64,000 bases of DNA, from contig OZ251227.1 of the NCBI GenBank assembly GCA_965240325.2, forward strand, positions 248,001 through 312,000, in the 5' to 3' direction. This stretch comes from Rebecca billardiae RCC1528 (lineage: Eukaryota; Protista; Haptophyta). The notes under the pieces are model-generated. The model searched no databases and was not told where the DNA came from. It saw nothing but the letters and a program-made list of their open reading frames with translations. The position numbers and the translations under genes are program-made. The stretch's first letter is position 1, and each line of letters opens with the position of its first letter. Positions 50,152 through 61,815 of this stretch are shown piece by piece.

Positions 50152-52476
50152 TCATTGGCCAGGGTTGGGGATCGGCGCGGCCGCGAGCGACGTCGAGAGC
50201 CACTCGATCGCCACCTCGAAGTTTTGGATGTGGTCGAGGATGGTGCCCGCGACGACGAGCAGGAACATCAGGCAGAACAGGCACAGGAGGCAGTTGATGT
50301 GCACCGTCGCGTTGATCTCCGACTGCGGCGCGGCGGGCACGACGGCGGTGGCGGCGGCATCGGTGAGCGCATCCGACGGGGCGGGTGAGGGCGCGCGATG
50401 GCAGCGTGCGCGAGCGCACAGCGCGCGCACGGCGCCTCAGCGCGCCGCGCGGCGCCGCGCGGCGCGCACCCAGAGCGAGCGGAACGCGACGAACACCATG
50501 TCCGCCGCCGGCGGCCTCTTGGGCTCGGGCAGCGTCGGGAACGCGTTCGGCGCGTCGCGCCCCACGCCGGACGGCCGCTCGGTCGCCACCTCCTTGGGCA
50601 GCACCTCGATCGTCATCAGAATCTTTGGGTTCTTCTTGCGCCGCCGCCGCTGGCGCTCGCGCGTCTTTCTGTCCTTCTTGACCACCTCGGGCGTGGGCTC
50701 GAGCTGGATCCAGCCCTTCGCGCCGCCCTCGACCGTGGTCGCCGCGTAGTGCAGCCCCTCCTTGTGCGTGATCATGTTGTCGCGGTGGCGGAAGGCCTGC
50801 GCGGCGGGGCGCGGTTGTGGTGGCGCGCGCGCGCGTGCGAGCGTCAGCGGCGCGGCGCGGCGCGCACCGGGCGCCGTCTCGCGCGGGCGGCGCAGCGGCA
50901 CGGCGCGCGCGTGCGCGCGTGCCTTGCGCATCAGGTGACGCAGCTTGAGCGCGCGGTACGCCAGCACCTCGCCGCCCGAGAGGAAGTCCCAGTCGCACAT
51001 CTGCAGCACACGTGTGCAGGCAGAGGTGCGCGCGGCGGCGCGGGGCAACCGTCAGGCCAAACGCGCACGGCGCGCGCGCGCGCGCGCGCGCGCGCGCTCG
51101 CTCGCTCGCGGGCTGCGCACCTGCAGCTGCAGGCGCACGCGCTTCGCGGGCAGCGCGAGCGAGAAGACGAAGCGCCAGTTGAACGCGCCGCGCCCGTTCC
51201 TGCAGAAGTAGTGCACGTCTGTCTCCTGCGACTGCTTCACAATGCCCTCCGCGCCCGACAGCATGCCGCGCACGTACAGGTCCGACTTCTGCGCCTGCGC
51301 GTCGGCCCACGGCGCGTACTTGGTCTCCCAGATGATCACGCGCAGCTCGTACTCCATCGTCGCGGGCGGCTTGGTGTTCACCGGCGGGAACGCCTTGAGC
51401 CTCGCGCGCGGGATGATGTCGACCCACAGCTCCGCGCGGCCCTGCACCGCACTCGAGACCGGGTTGAGGAGCGTGCGCCGCTCGACGGGCTTGAGCTCGA
51501 AGCCCTGCCACGCGCGCGAGCACCAGCGCTCCTCGAGGTCGATCACCGTCGAGCCGATGTAGTCGTCCGGCCCTGCGCGCGCGCGCGCGCACGCCGCGTC
51601 AGCACGCACGCCGCGGCCGCGCGCGCAGACGGAAAGTGCGCGCGCGCACGCGCGGCAAGCGCGCGCGCGGCCGCTCGCGCTGCGCGGTCTCGCACCGAGC
51701 AGGTCGTGGTCGTACACGTCCATGCGCAGCAGCGAGTGGCCGGGCATCTGCGTCTCCATCTCGAACGTCTCGTAGAACGACGCGTCCAGCGACGACTTGA
51801 CGTGCCTCGAGCGGTCCCCGTGCTTGGTCTGTCCGAGTGTGAGGATCACGTACGGGTCTGCGGTGCCCTGCACGTCCTGCGGCAGGATGCCGGAGATGCG
51901 CAGCAGGTACAGCCGGACGACGACGGGCTTGGGGTACTGGATGGTGCGCAGCCGGTCGAGCACGGCCTCGGTCTGCTTCGCGCCGCGCGCCTGGTAGTCC
52001 GCCTCGCTCACCACGCGCACCAGCGTCTTGAGCAGCCCGCACTCGCGCGTGATGCGCCCAGCAAACGCGTTGGCGCCGAGCACGCCGCGCGTGAGCACGA
52101 GGTTGTCGAACGTCTGCTCGCGCGCGGTGAACTCCTCCTCGTCCTTCTCGAGCTCCATGTCGAGGATGCGCCGGCCCTGCATGTACTTGGGCAGGAAGTC
52201 GCTCTCCTCGTCGTCCTCGTCGTCCTCCTCCGACGCGTTCGCGCCGCCGGCTCGGCCGCCCCACAGCGAGCCGCTCGTCCAGATCGGGTTGCGGCCGCGC
52301 GGCGCGCTCACCGGGCCCTGGTCGGGGCGCGCGGGCCGGATGATCGCCGGGTCGTCGAACTCGCGCCCGGGCGCGCCGTCGCCGGGGGTCTTGGCGAGGC
52401 GGCCGCCCTCCTGCGCGTCGAACGGGTTGAAGATCGACCCCGAGCGCGCGCGCATCCCCGGCCGCACGGGCTTGGT

Positions 52477-52517
<41 letters not shown>

Positions 52518-55500
52518 GCACGTTGGCACCAAAGCTCACGCGCGAGGTGGCGCGGATGGGCGGCGAGACGAAGGCGGGGGGCGGGGGCAGCGCGTCCGCG
52601 GCGGCCGAGTCCTCGCTCAGCCCGTCGATCAGCTCGTCCGACTGGTTGAGCGACTGCTGCGAGTCCGAGCGCCGCATCGTGCCGCGCTCAGCGATGGTCA
52701 CGCTGTTGGGGCGGCGCGAGGGACCGCCGACCAGCCTGCGCGCGGCCACGTGCATCGGGTCCTCGGTGCCGCGCAGCTCGCGGACCTCCTCGATCCGGAT
52801 GAGCCGCGCGGGGTCGGCGGTGCTCGCGGTGGGCACGAGGTCCTTCACGAGGCTCGCGTCCTGCTTCACGTCGCGCAGGTGCACCCGGTCGCCGATCTGC
52901 GCGCGGGCGCGCGCGGGCGGCGAGGCGGGGCGAGCCGAGCCGAGGCGCGCGCTCAGCAGGGGGCTCGGGCGGCGGGCGCGCGCGCGAGGCGGGCGCGGCG
53001 CGCGCGCACGTGGATCGTGTAGATCTGCGAGGCGAGCAGCGGGTTGCGCCGCAGCGCCTGCATGCGCAGGTCGTACACGCGCGTCGTGTCGCCGATGCGC
53101 CATGCGCGCCGGCCGCCCGCCGCGCCGCCCTGCGCGGGCTCGCTGTTGATCAGCTCGAGCGCGGCGTCGAGCTGCTCGACCCACAGGTCGGCGGCGGCGA
53201 GCCCCGTCGGCTTCCCCGCGTGCGCCTGCGCCGCCTCCACCCACGGCAGCTTGCCCGACAGCTCGAGCGCCGACTGGCCGATCTGCGTGCCCACCAGCCC
53301 GCCCAGGTGAGGGTCTATCAGCCGCGCCGAGAGCGCGGGCGCGAGGTGCAGCCCCGAGGGGAACTTCTCGCGCATGCGGATGACCTCGAGGTAGTTGGGC
53401 GAGGCGGCGCTGGGCACCTTGGACGGCGTCGTGCGCACGAGCGAGCGGTAGTCGCCGCCCGCGCCCAGGTCGAACGTCGAGTAGGGCGACGAGAGCCGGC
53501 CGGCGACCCGAGGCTCGAGCCCTCGGCCGCCGACCGCGATCACCTCCACGATGCACGGCTCGCCGCGGAGCTCGATGCTCTTGCGCGGGCCGATCTGGTA
53601 GCCGGGCGAGAGCGGCACGAGGGTGAGCGAGCACACGAGCGTCGCCTTCAGGTCGCCCGGCGTGCCGAAGTGGATGTCCACCTCCTTGATCTCCTCGTCC
53701 GCGAGCGAGCGCGGCAGGCTCGCGAGCTCGATCGCCGCGCGCCCGACGCGCTCGTCGCGCGAGATCGCGTCGTGGTCCCAGAGGAAGAGGAGGACGAGCG
53801 GGCCGAGGTGGATGTTGTCGCGCGGCAGGCTCAGCTGCATCGAGTACTGCGTGTACCACTTCGGGTACGACGTCTGCTTCTTCAGCTCCGTCTTGAGCGA
53901 GCGGCCGCCGCAGTGCAGCCGCACGTACGGGTCGAGCGAGCCCGTCTCGTCCGCCGCCGGCAGGTTGCGCCCGAGGTAGAGGCGGAAGACGAGCTCGAAG
54001 GGGAGCGGGTTGGCGAAGAGCGGCGCGAGGTTCTCGGCGAACGGCAGCTCCGCCGTCTCGCGCGCGCGGCGCAGCAGCACGCCGAGCAGCAGGTACCCCG
54101 CCGCGCCCTCGCCCGCGCCGCTGAACGCGCCAAAGCCCTGCGTCTCGCGCAGCGCCGTCCACTTGGGCGCCTCCCACGGCTTGTCGGTGAGCTGCAGCAG
54201 GTCGACGGCGGCGTAGCGCAGGTACGCGACGCGCACGGGGCGGCCGCCCGTGCGCGTGAGCGACTGCACCAGGTACACGAACACGTCGGGCAGCTGGCGC
54301 GGGTCGTCGGGCAGCCGGCGCTTCTCCTCGCGCGCCAGCTTGAACGAGTACTCGCCCGACGGCGAGACGCGCGTGCCAAAGTTGAAGCGCGCGCCGCCGA
54401 ACTCGACCTCGATGGAGAGCGGGCCGCCGGGGAGGTACGCGCCGGCGAAGAGCCACACGCGCAGCACGTACTCGTCCTCCGGCGGCGAGACCAGCTTGTC
54501 CGCGCGGAACGGGTCGTTGCGGATCGTGCGCGGCACGCGGTTCGCCTCGATCTTGGTGTTGCCGAGGAAGTCCACGACGCGCTTCGGCTGCATGTCCTGC
54601 AGCCGGCCGAGGGGGAGCTCGAAGGACTGCGCGACGGGCTGCGCCGCCTCCTTCGCCCACACCGTGAGCAGCACGCGCCCGCGGAACGCGATCCCCGCCG
54701 CCTTGCCCGTGTTCATGCGGTACGCGGCGCGGCCGCGCAGCAGCGGCGGCGCGCCGTAAAAGTAGTACCAGCGCGCGACCGTGCCCCTCGGCGGGTGGCC
54801 CTCCTCGGCGTCGTCGTCCTCGACGGTCTGCTTGACGATCTCGTCGAACGGGATCAGCACCGCCCCGATCGGCTCGCGCCCGAGCACGTCGCCGTCCCAC
54901 AGCATCACCGTCACGTGCGCCGAGTTGGCGGGCACGACGTACGGCAGCTCGAGCTGCTGCTCCCACACCGGTGCGCGCGCGCGCGAGATGAGCGAGGTGC
55001 GCACGGACTCGCGGCCGTGCGAGATCTCGACGTACGGGTCGATCGAGCCGAAGAGGTCCAGCTTGGGCAGCCCCGCCGCGCGGTGCACGCGCACGAGCAC
55101 GAGGTGCGACTTGCGCCGCACGGCCGGCGTGACGATCAGCTCGTCGTCCGACAGCTCGTCGTCGTTGTGCGACGGCGCGCTGTGCCGGCCGAACTGGACG
55201 GAGACGGAGAGGCGGACCTTCGCGTGCACGACCGCTGTGCCCGGCCGCTCGAGCCCGAACCAGCGCCGGTGCAGCTCGCGGTTCTTCTGCGCCGCGAACC
55301 ACGCGACGGGCGCGGAGAAGGCGCCCACCACGTTGCGCCGCAGCCCCGCAAAGCCGGTCGAGTCCCACAGCGTGATGGTGAGCGTCATGTCGCTTGCGGC
55401 GATGTCGCTCTCGACCTCGTTCTCGATGTGGAACCGCTCGTCGTACACGCAGTACTCCACCTTGTGCAGCGTGCGCGTCGCGCGCTTGTCGCCATCCACG

Positions 55501-55655
55501 TCGACCTCGACGGTCGGGTCGAGAATCGTGCGCCCGTCCTCGGTGAGGATGTCCTTCGCCTCGATGACGTGGACGTCGATGGCATACTTACCCTTCTGCA
55601 GCTCGATGGGCCGTATGTCGAAAGGGTCCGCGCGACCCTTGCGCTCGCCCGACAT
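50152..55655 (-). CDS. Ferlin-family multi-C2 tail-anchored protein; introns 52897-53009, 51573-51695, 51001-51120, 50797-50922, 50323-50469
   Basis: Six or more C2 domains (DLFGSIDPYV, ADETGSLDPYV, GTADPYV), WYYFYGAP, FRGRVLL, TVIDLEERW, YELRVIIW, QETDVHY, FNWRFVF and a C-terminal TM. Confidence 0.92.
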
Positions 55656-56050
55656 GCCGCCGACGGCGCGTGCTGCCCGAGAGGAGCAGCACACGCTCGG
55701 GCTGCTCGCCTCAGTGGCGCGCTCGAAAAATGGGCGGCATTCGCGAGCTCCCGCTGATCAAGCAGCCGAGCGAGCGCAAAGGCGCGCACGCACGCGGCGG
55801 GGGCCGCCCGGGCTGGAGATTCGCCCGTCGGCGGGGTGCGGGTAGCACGGCGAGACCCGAGATAGATCTTTTCTGAGACTGAAGAAGTCCGCCTCTTCGG
55901 CAAGCTGTGAACCACATGAATATGCGCGCTCTCAATAATAATAAAAAGTGATCGCGACAAGCCTGTTTGCGGGTAACATTCTCTCCGATGAATCAGTCTC
56001 TTGCGAGTAATCGCGCTCCTTTTGATACACTTTTTTGATTTCTAGGAGAA

Positions 56051-56183
56051 GGGGGCTGGCCAGGGTAGGGCTGGAGGCTTCGGCCGCCAGCCTGATCACC
56101 CGGAGCCCGTTATAAATAGGGGAATGGCGGGCCGTAGGTCCGCCCCAGGGGAATGGCGGGCCGTAGGTCCGCCCCTTGTAGTG
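56051..56183 (+). repeat. Second copy of the 19299-19364 stem-loop followed by a 29-bp tandem hairpin duplication
   Basis: GGGGGCTGGCCAGGGTAGGGCTGGAGGCTTCGGCCGCCAG...GTTATAAA, then AGGGGAATGGCGGGCCGTAGGTCCGCCCC x2 (56118-56175), then TTGTAGTG. Confidence 0.85.
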
Positions 56184-56819
56184 CCCGGGAAAAAGATAAG
56201 AAAAAGAAAAAGAAAAAAGAAAATCGCCTCGCACATAAAAGAAAATCGCCTCGCTCACTGCCGGGTCGCTTCGCTCACTACCGGGCGCCCTCGCAGCTCC
56301 CACTGGGGACGCTCGGCCGAAAACCATGCCGGCCATGGCGCGGAGCGCGTGGGCGGCGCGCGCCGAATCCAACGCCGGCGCAGACATCGCGCGAGGATTC
56401 CCGAGACGTGGTTTCGCCCGATTCGCGATTGCTGCCCTCCTCGTCTCGCGTGCAGGTCGAACGGGGGCCAAAGTCGACGCGTTTGGAGGCACGGTCGGCG
56501 CGTCGACACGATCGTGCGACCTGGGGCGGTCCTCGCCCGACTTGCACGTCGAGCGCTCGCACGAGCCATAGTATTAAGCGCTGCGCACGACAACCACCTC
56601 GCGCGATCCACCGTCGCGCGTCGGGCTCGGTGCGGAAAGGCCCTCATCACGAGGCGTCTCGCGGGCGGGAAGCGCCATCGCACGCGACGCAAGCTTTGGC
56701 GCGGCCTTCTGAACTCGATCGCCGGAAACGGCGCACCGGACTGTCGCGTGCCACAACTTCTCAAAGCCGGGCGCATGCAAATCCGTTTGCTACAGCTGTA
56801 CCAGTTCCCGGCCAAGCCA

Positions 56820-57627
56820 TGGCGTCGACGGTGACCAATGCGACGGAGGCGCAGCGCAAAGCGGCGTACGAGGCGCAGCGAACGCAGCTGCCGTGTCTGT
56901 CGCCGTGGCAGGAACCGCGTCTTGGCGAGTCGGCGGCCCTCGTCGCACAGCGCTACAGTATGACCGATCCCAGAGGCGCATCCGCCACGAGCTGAAACGC
57001 CGAGCGTGCAACATTGTCGCCCCATCCTCCACCATGTCACGAGCGCTGCGGGACGAGGCCGACGTCGTGAAGCCAGTGGCACATGCGCTGCGCTTCCTGT
57101 GCCTGCTCGAGCAGCGCGTGCCCACCCTCGATCGCGAGTGGCACACGCTCTCGCACTGCGCGCGCGCGCACCGCCGACAGCTCCTGATACCGCCGAACGT
57201 GCGGGTGCCGGACCTGTCGCGCGAAGCGGCGAGCGCCGACGAGCGCTTGGACCTGGACGCGTTGTTGCGCAGCGTGGCGGCCGTGCACGACGCCGACGCG
57301 ACCTTCGCCGAGCCCATCGTGCCCGGAGCGGACATCGGCATCCTCGCGACACACGATCTCAGCTGGCGGCAGGAGGAGATGCTGTCGCGTTATTATTCGT
57401 CAGTGAGTCAGGTAGCTCACCATCATCTGTGTGTCGCATTGTTATTCGTCATCCTGCCCGTCAAACCGCTAAATAAAAGGCGCGAACCCGCTGGGGAAAT
57501 ATTGCGACAGCACTGGCACGGCCCGCCGACCCCCCCGCCCGCCAGGGCAGAGTTTTTTAAAAAAGACCGTGGATTGGGGAGTACTGCCGGCAGTGAGCGC
57601 CTGCGCGCGACCTCAGAGTCAGACTGA
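56820..57627 (+). pseudogene. Possible frameshifted gene or TE fragment of unknown function
   Basis: Coding-like MASTVTNATEAQ... stops at 56995; a coding-like frame continues (RRIRHELKRR...LSWRQEEML) and then degrades. Confidence 0.3.
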
Positions 57628-57677
57628 GTCTGATCACTGACGAACGGCGCTCTAACTGAGGAACGGCCCGGTCGTCG

Positions 57678-60600
57678 TCAGACGAGCTCAACGCCGTTCC
57701 GCCGGCAGCACAGATCGCAAGCGCCCGTGCCCCTGCGCGACGGCGGCGAGGCCGAGCCGCCGCCGACGAGTGGCGTGCGCAGGCTCGAGCTGCCCAGCCC
57801 GAGCGCCTCGCTGATCCGCACGCGCTGCGCTCGCTCGCCCTCCAGCGGCGAGTCGAAGAGCTGCTCCCAGTCGACCGGCGCCTTGCGCGTGCACGCGCAG
57901 CAGAAGATGAGCACGTTCACGCACGGCCCGTGGTCGAAGGGCGAGCGCCCGTTCGGCGGCAGGTCCTTGAGGTAGTCGATCCGCTGCTTGGAGAGCGACT
58001 CAAACGTGGTGCGGTTGAAGAGCGCGAACGACGAGTGCGTGTACAGCAGCCCGAGGGTGAGGAGCGCGAAGAGCGGGCACATCACGAGCGCGGGCACGAG
58101 CGCCTGCTTGAAGTCCGACGCCACGCCGCCGATGAACTCGGCGGCGGTGAACGTCGTCGTCCACATGTTCAGCGTGAACTCGAAGAGCAGGTACCACCAG
58201 AAGAGGCCGTGGTTGCGCTCGCCCACGCAGTTTGCGACCCTGCACGCACACGGCGGGGCGCGCGCGCGCCACGCGCACGTCACGCAGGCCCGCCCATGCG
58301 CCGCGCCGGCCGCGCGCGCGCGGCGGCGCGCACCAAGGGCAGTGGTGGTCCATCTTGCGCACGCACTTGCGGCACGTCTTGCAGTGCTTCGCGCGCAGCG
58401 GCAGCTGCGCGGCGCGGCGCGCGCGCGGGAGCGGTCGGCGCGCGGGGCCGAGCGCGCGGTCAGCTCGGCGCCGCGCGCGGAATGGAAGGAGAGGGTGGGG
58501 GGCGCGTGCCGCTGGGCGTTTGTGGCTCGGGCGGCGTGCCCACCTCGGCCTCGCAGTACTTGCACATGCGCCGGTACGCCAGCGCCTCGAACTCGCCCTC
58601 TGCGACGCCGTCCGCGTGCGCGCCCGCCGCGCTCGCGAGCGGGGGCGTGCGCGCGCCCTCAGACGCCGGCGCGCCGCCGCACCCGTCCGCCGCCGCCGCC
58701 TGCTCGACCGGCGCACCGCCCTCGGCCTGGAGCAACGACTTTGGGCGGCGCCACACGCTGGCGGGCGAGAGGTTGCTGAGGAAGAGGCTTCGGCGGTTGG
58801 CTGGCGCGGCGTCGCTGTGCGACGCGGGCGAGTACGAGCCCTCGCGCGCCGTCGCGAGCGAGCAGGACGCGCTCTCCAGCCCGTCCGAGCGCGGCGGCGA
58901 CGCGCCCGGCTGGGGCGCGCCCGGCTGTGGCGCGGCGGCCACGCCGCCCGCATCGGCGGCGGCGCCGACCGAGCGATGCGTCCTGGGCGGCGAGCTGAGC
59001 GCGGACGAGCGCGAGGCGCGCGCGATCCCTGCCGACACCGCCGACACGACCAGCTCCACGGGGATCTCGATCGAGCGCTGCGCCAGATACTCCACCGTGG
59101 GCGAGCTCGAGCGCAGCTGGCCGCCGTTGGAGGCCGCGCCCGCGCCGGCCGGCGGCGCGGGCGCGGGCGGGCCGGCGAGCGGCGGCTCGGCGCCGAGCTC
59201 GGCGTCGGAGAGCGGGCGGCCGAGCCCGGCGCCGCCCGCCGCCGCGCTCGTCGCCGACACGCTGCGCTGCTCCCGCTCGAGCGCCAGCGGCGCGAGCGGC
59301 GCGACCTGCGGCGTGCGTGCGCCGCCGGGCGGCGCTGAGCCGAGCGCGAGGATGTCGGCTGCGAGCGCGCCCACCGCCTGCTCCGAGCCGTACCCACCGG
59401 ACCCACCGGACTCGTCCGGCCCGCTGGCGTGCGCGGCGCGCACCTCGCCGAGCTGCGAGAGATCGGAGCGGGTGGTCGCGGACGAGGCCGTCTCCTCCTC
59501 GCCGCCGACGCGCCGGCGCGCGGCCGCGGGCAGCGGCAGCGCGGCGGGGAAGCCCTGCGGCGCGGGCGCGGCGCGCTCGGCCGCGGCCGCGCCGACCGCG
59601 CCGCGCGCGGCCGCGGACGAGGTCGAGCCGCTCGACTCGGTGCGCTGGCGCACCGCCGCCGCCACGGCGACGGGCGCGTGCACCACGGTGGCGACCGCCG
59701 TGGCGACCGCGGTGGCCACCGCGTTGACGGGCGCCACCGACGCCGCGTCCGCTTTCGCGGGCGCGTGCGCAGCGGCAGCGCCCGCGGCGGCGCCGGTCGG
59801 CTCGTCGGCCGCGCCCGGCCGCGCGCGCGCGCCCTCGGCGCCCGGCGCGCCGGCGGGCGCGTGCGCGCAGCCCCCAGCGCCGCCGATGCCCTCGCCGTGC
59901 GTCACGTACCCCGGGTCGGAGTACGTGAGCCACGTGTACAGCAGCAGCACGACCAGCACCAGCCCCCAGTAGCACAGGAAGATGGCCGCGCAGCGGGAGC
60001 GGTGCAGGATCGCGTCGCGCAGCCCCTCGGCGGGCGGCACGATCGGCAGGTGCAGGCAGCCCTTCCTCCACTGCGTGGCGCGCGTGGCGGTGCGCGCGTA
60101 CGCGAAGAGCGAGCCGAGCGCGAGGATGTGCAGGAAGAGCCAGCCGACGCGCGCGCCCTGCGCCTCGAGCTGCTGCCGCGTGCACGAGCAGCACCGCATG
60201 CCGCGCGCCGCGCCGCACGCGCGCGCGAGCGCGGCGAGGGGCGTGGCCATCTCGTGCCACTCGGTGGCGCGCGGCAGGCCGACCGCGCCGCCGGAGCCGA
60301 GGCGCGCGCCGGCGCGCAGCAGCGGCTCGACCGCCTCGGGCGCGGCCAGGTGCAGCGCCGTCTGCCCGCCCGCGTCGCGCGTGTGCACGTCCGCCCGCTC
60401 GCGCACGAGCAGCTGCACCATGCGCGCGTGCCCGGCCGCGGCCGCAAACATGAGCACACTCGTGCCGGAGGGCGCGCGCCCGTTCGGGTCGGCGTTGTGC
60501 CGGAGGAGGAGGGCGGCGAGGTCGGTGTTGCCGCAGTCGGCGGCGACGGAGAGCGCCGTGCCGCCCCACGGCGTCTGCGCGCGCACGTTCGCCCGCGCGC

Positions 60601-61639
60601 CGATCAGCCGCCGCGCCACGTCCGCGTGGCCGCCCCACACGGCCAGCCTCAGCATCGTCTCACCGTCCGGCGCGGGCGAGTCGACCGCCGCGCCCGCCGC
60701 GATCCGCCGCGCGACGCGGTCGATGTCGACGGGGGCGCCGTCGGTGCCGGCGCGCAGGATGGCGAAGAGCGAGCTGGTCGCGTGCTGCCGCGCCGGGGCC
60801 AGCGGCGAGCGCCGCCCGCTCGACATCCTGCGCGCCGCCGGCGCCGCGCCGCGCTGCGCGCCGCCGCCCGCGTCCGCCGCGCCGCCGCCGCCTGAGCCGG
60901 TGCGCGAGGCGGAGGAGGAGAGCGCGGCGGCGGCGGCGGCGGCGGCGGCGTACGCGCGCGCGCCGCGGCTCGGCCTCGTCGCGACGGCCGCCTCGCGCCC
61001 TTTCGGCCACGCCGCGCCCGGCGCCGATCCGCCGCACGCCGCGGCGGCCGCGGCGTCCGCCGCGCCGAGCTGTGAGTCGAGCAGCGCCACCGCCTCCTCC
61101 ACGAGCACGTGCACGGGCGCCTCGGCGTTGAGCCGCGAGATGGTGGTGTCGGTGTGGAGCGAGGCGGTGTTCGCGATGTACCGCGGCCAGATCAGGCTCT
61201 TCCACACCGAGTCGAGCGTGGGCAGGTCGACGCCGTCGCCGCCGCGCGCGTGCCGCCTGCGCAGCGCGGTGCGCGAGGAGACCTCAAGCAGCAGCCGCAC
61301 GTCGAAGAGGTCGGCGATGGGCGAGGGGCGGTGGAAGAGCAGGAAGCCCTCGATGATGATGAGCGGGTCCGACGAGCTCTCCAGCGCCTCCCGCACGGCG
61401 CGCGCGAGCGCCTCGTAGTCGATGGCGTCGGGCGATTCCCAGCTCGGATCGAAGCGGCCTGTGTGCCACGCCTTGTCGCGGTAGAAGTTGTCGAGACGGA
61501 GCACGTCGGTCGCGCCGCAGCCGTAGCGGATGTGCAACTGCGATGCCAGCGTCGACTTGCCCGCCCCCGATACGCCGGCGATGCCCACGACGCGGGGCTG
61601 GCCCGAGCGCGAGCGCCTCACGCCCCCGAGGGAGGCCAT
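57678..61639 (-). CDS. NRK/uridine-kinase-like domain + ankyrin repeats + DHHC palmitoyltransferase; exons 61639-58544, 58404-58334, 58239-57678
   Basis: VVGIAGVSGAGKST, LDNFY, IIEGFLLF, IWPRY; about 4 ankyrin repeats (GETML, GGTAL, GTSVL, GQTALH); TMs with YSDPGY; spliced CKYC..LPLRAKHC..C..CV..MDHHCPWVANCVGERNH; NRTTFE. Confidence 0.88.
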
Positions 61640-61815
61640 GCGCCCGCCGCGTCGTTCGTGCCAATCTACAATCACGGCCACGCGCGCGCCGGGGTCAGTA
61701 ATCGCCTCGTACGGTACAAGACGAGCGCGATTCCGGCATGCAGGATCAGCCGAATAGACAGTCTCGACTCTCGTCGGCAAAGTGTCAAGGTCTGGAGTGG
61801 TTGCGCCGGGCCGCG

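Noticed and set aside
46801-56183. Single CACTA element capturing ferlin
   Set aside because: The 3-bp flanks do not match, and the enclosed genes look like intact resident genes.
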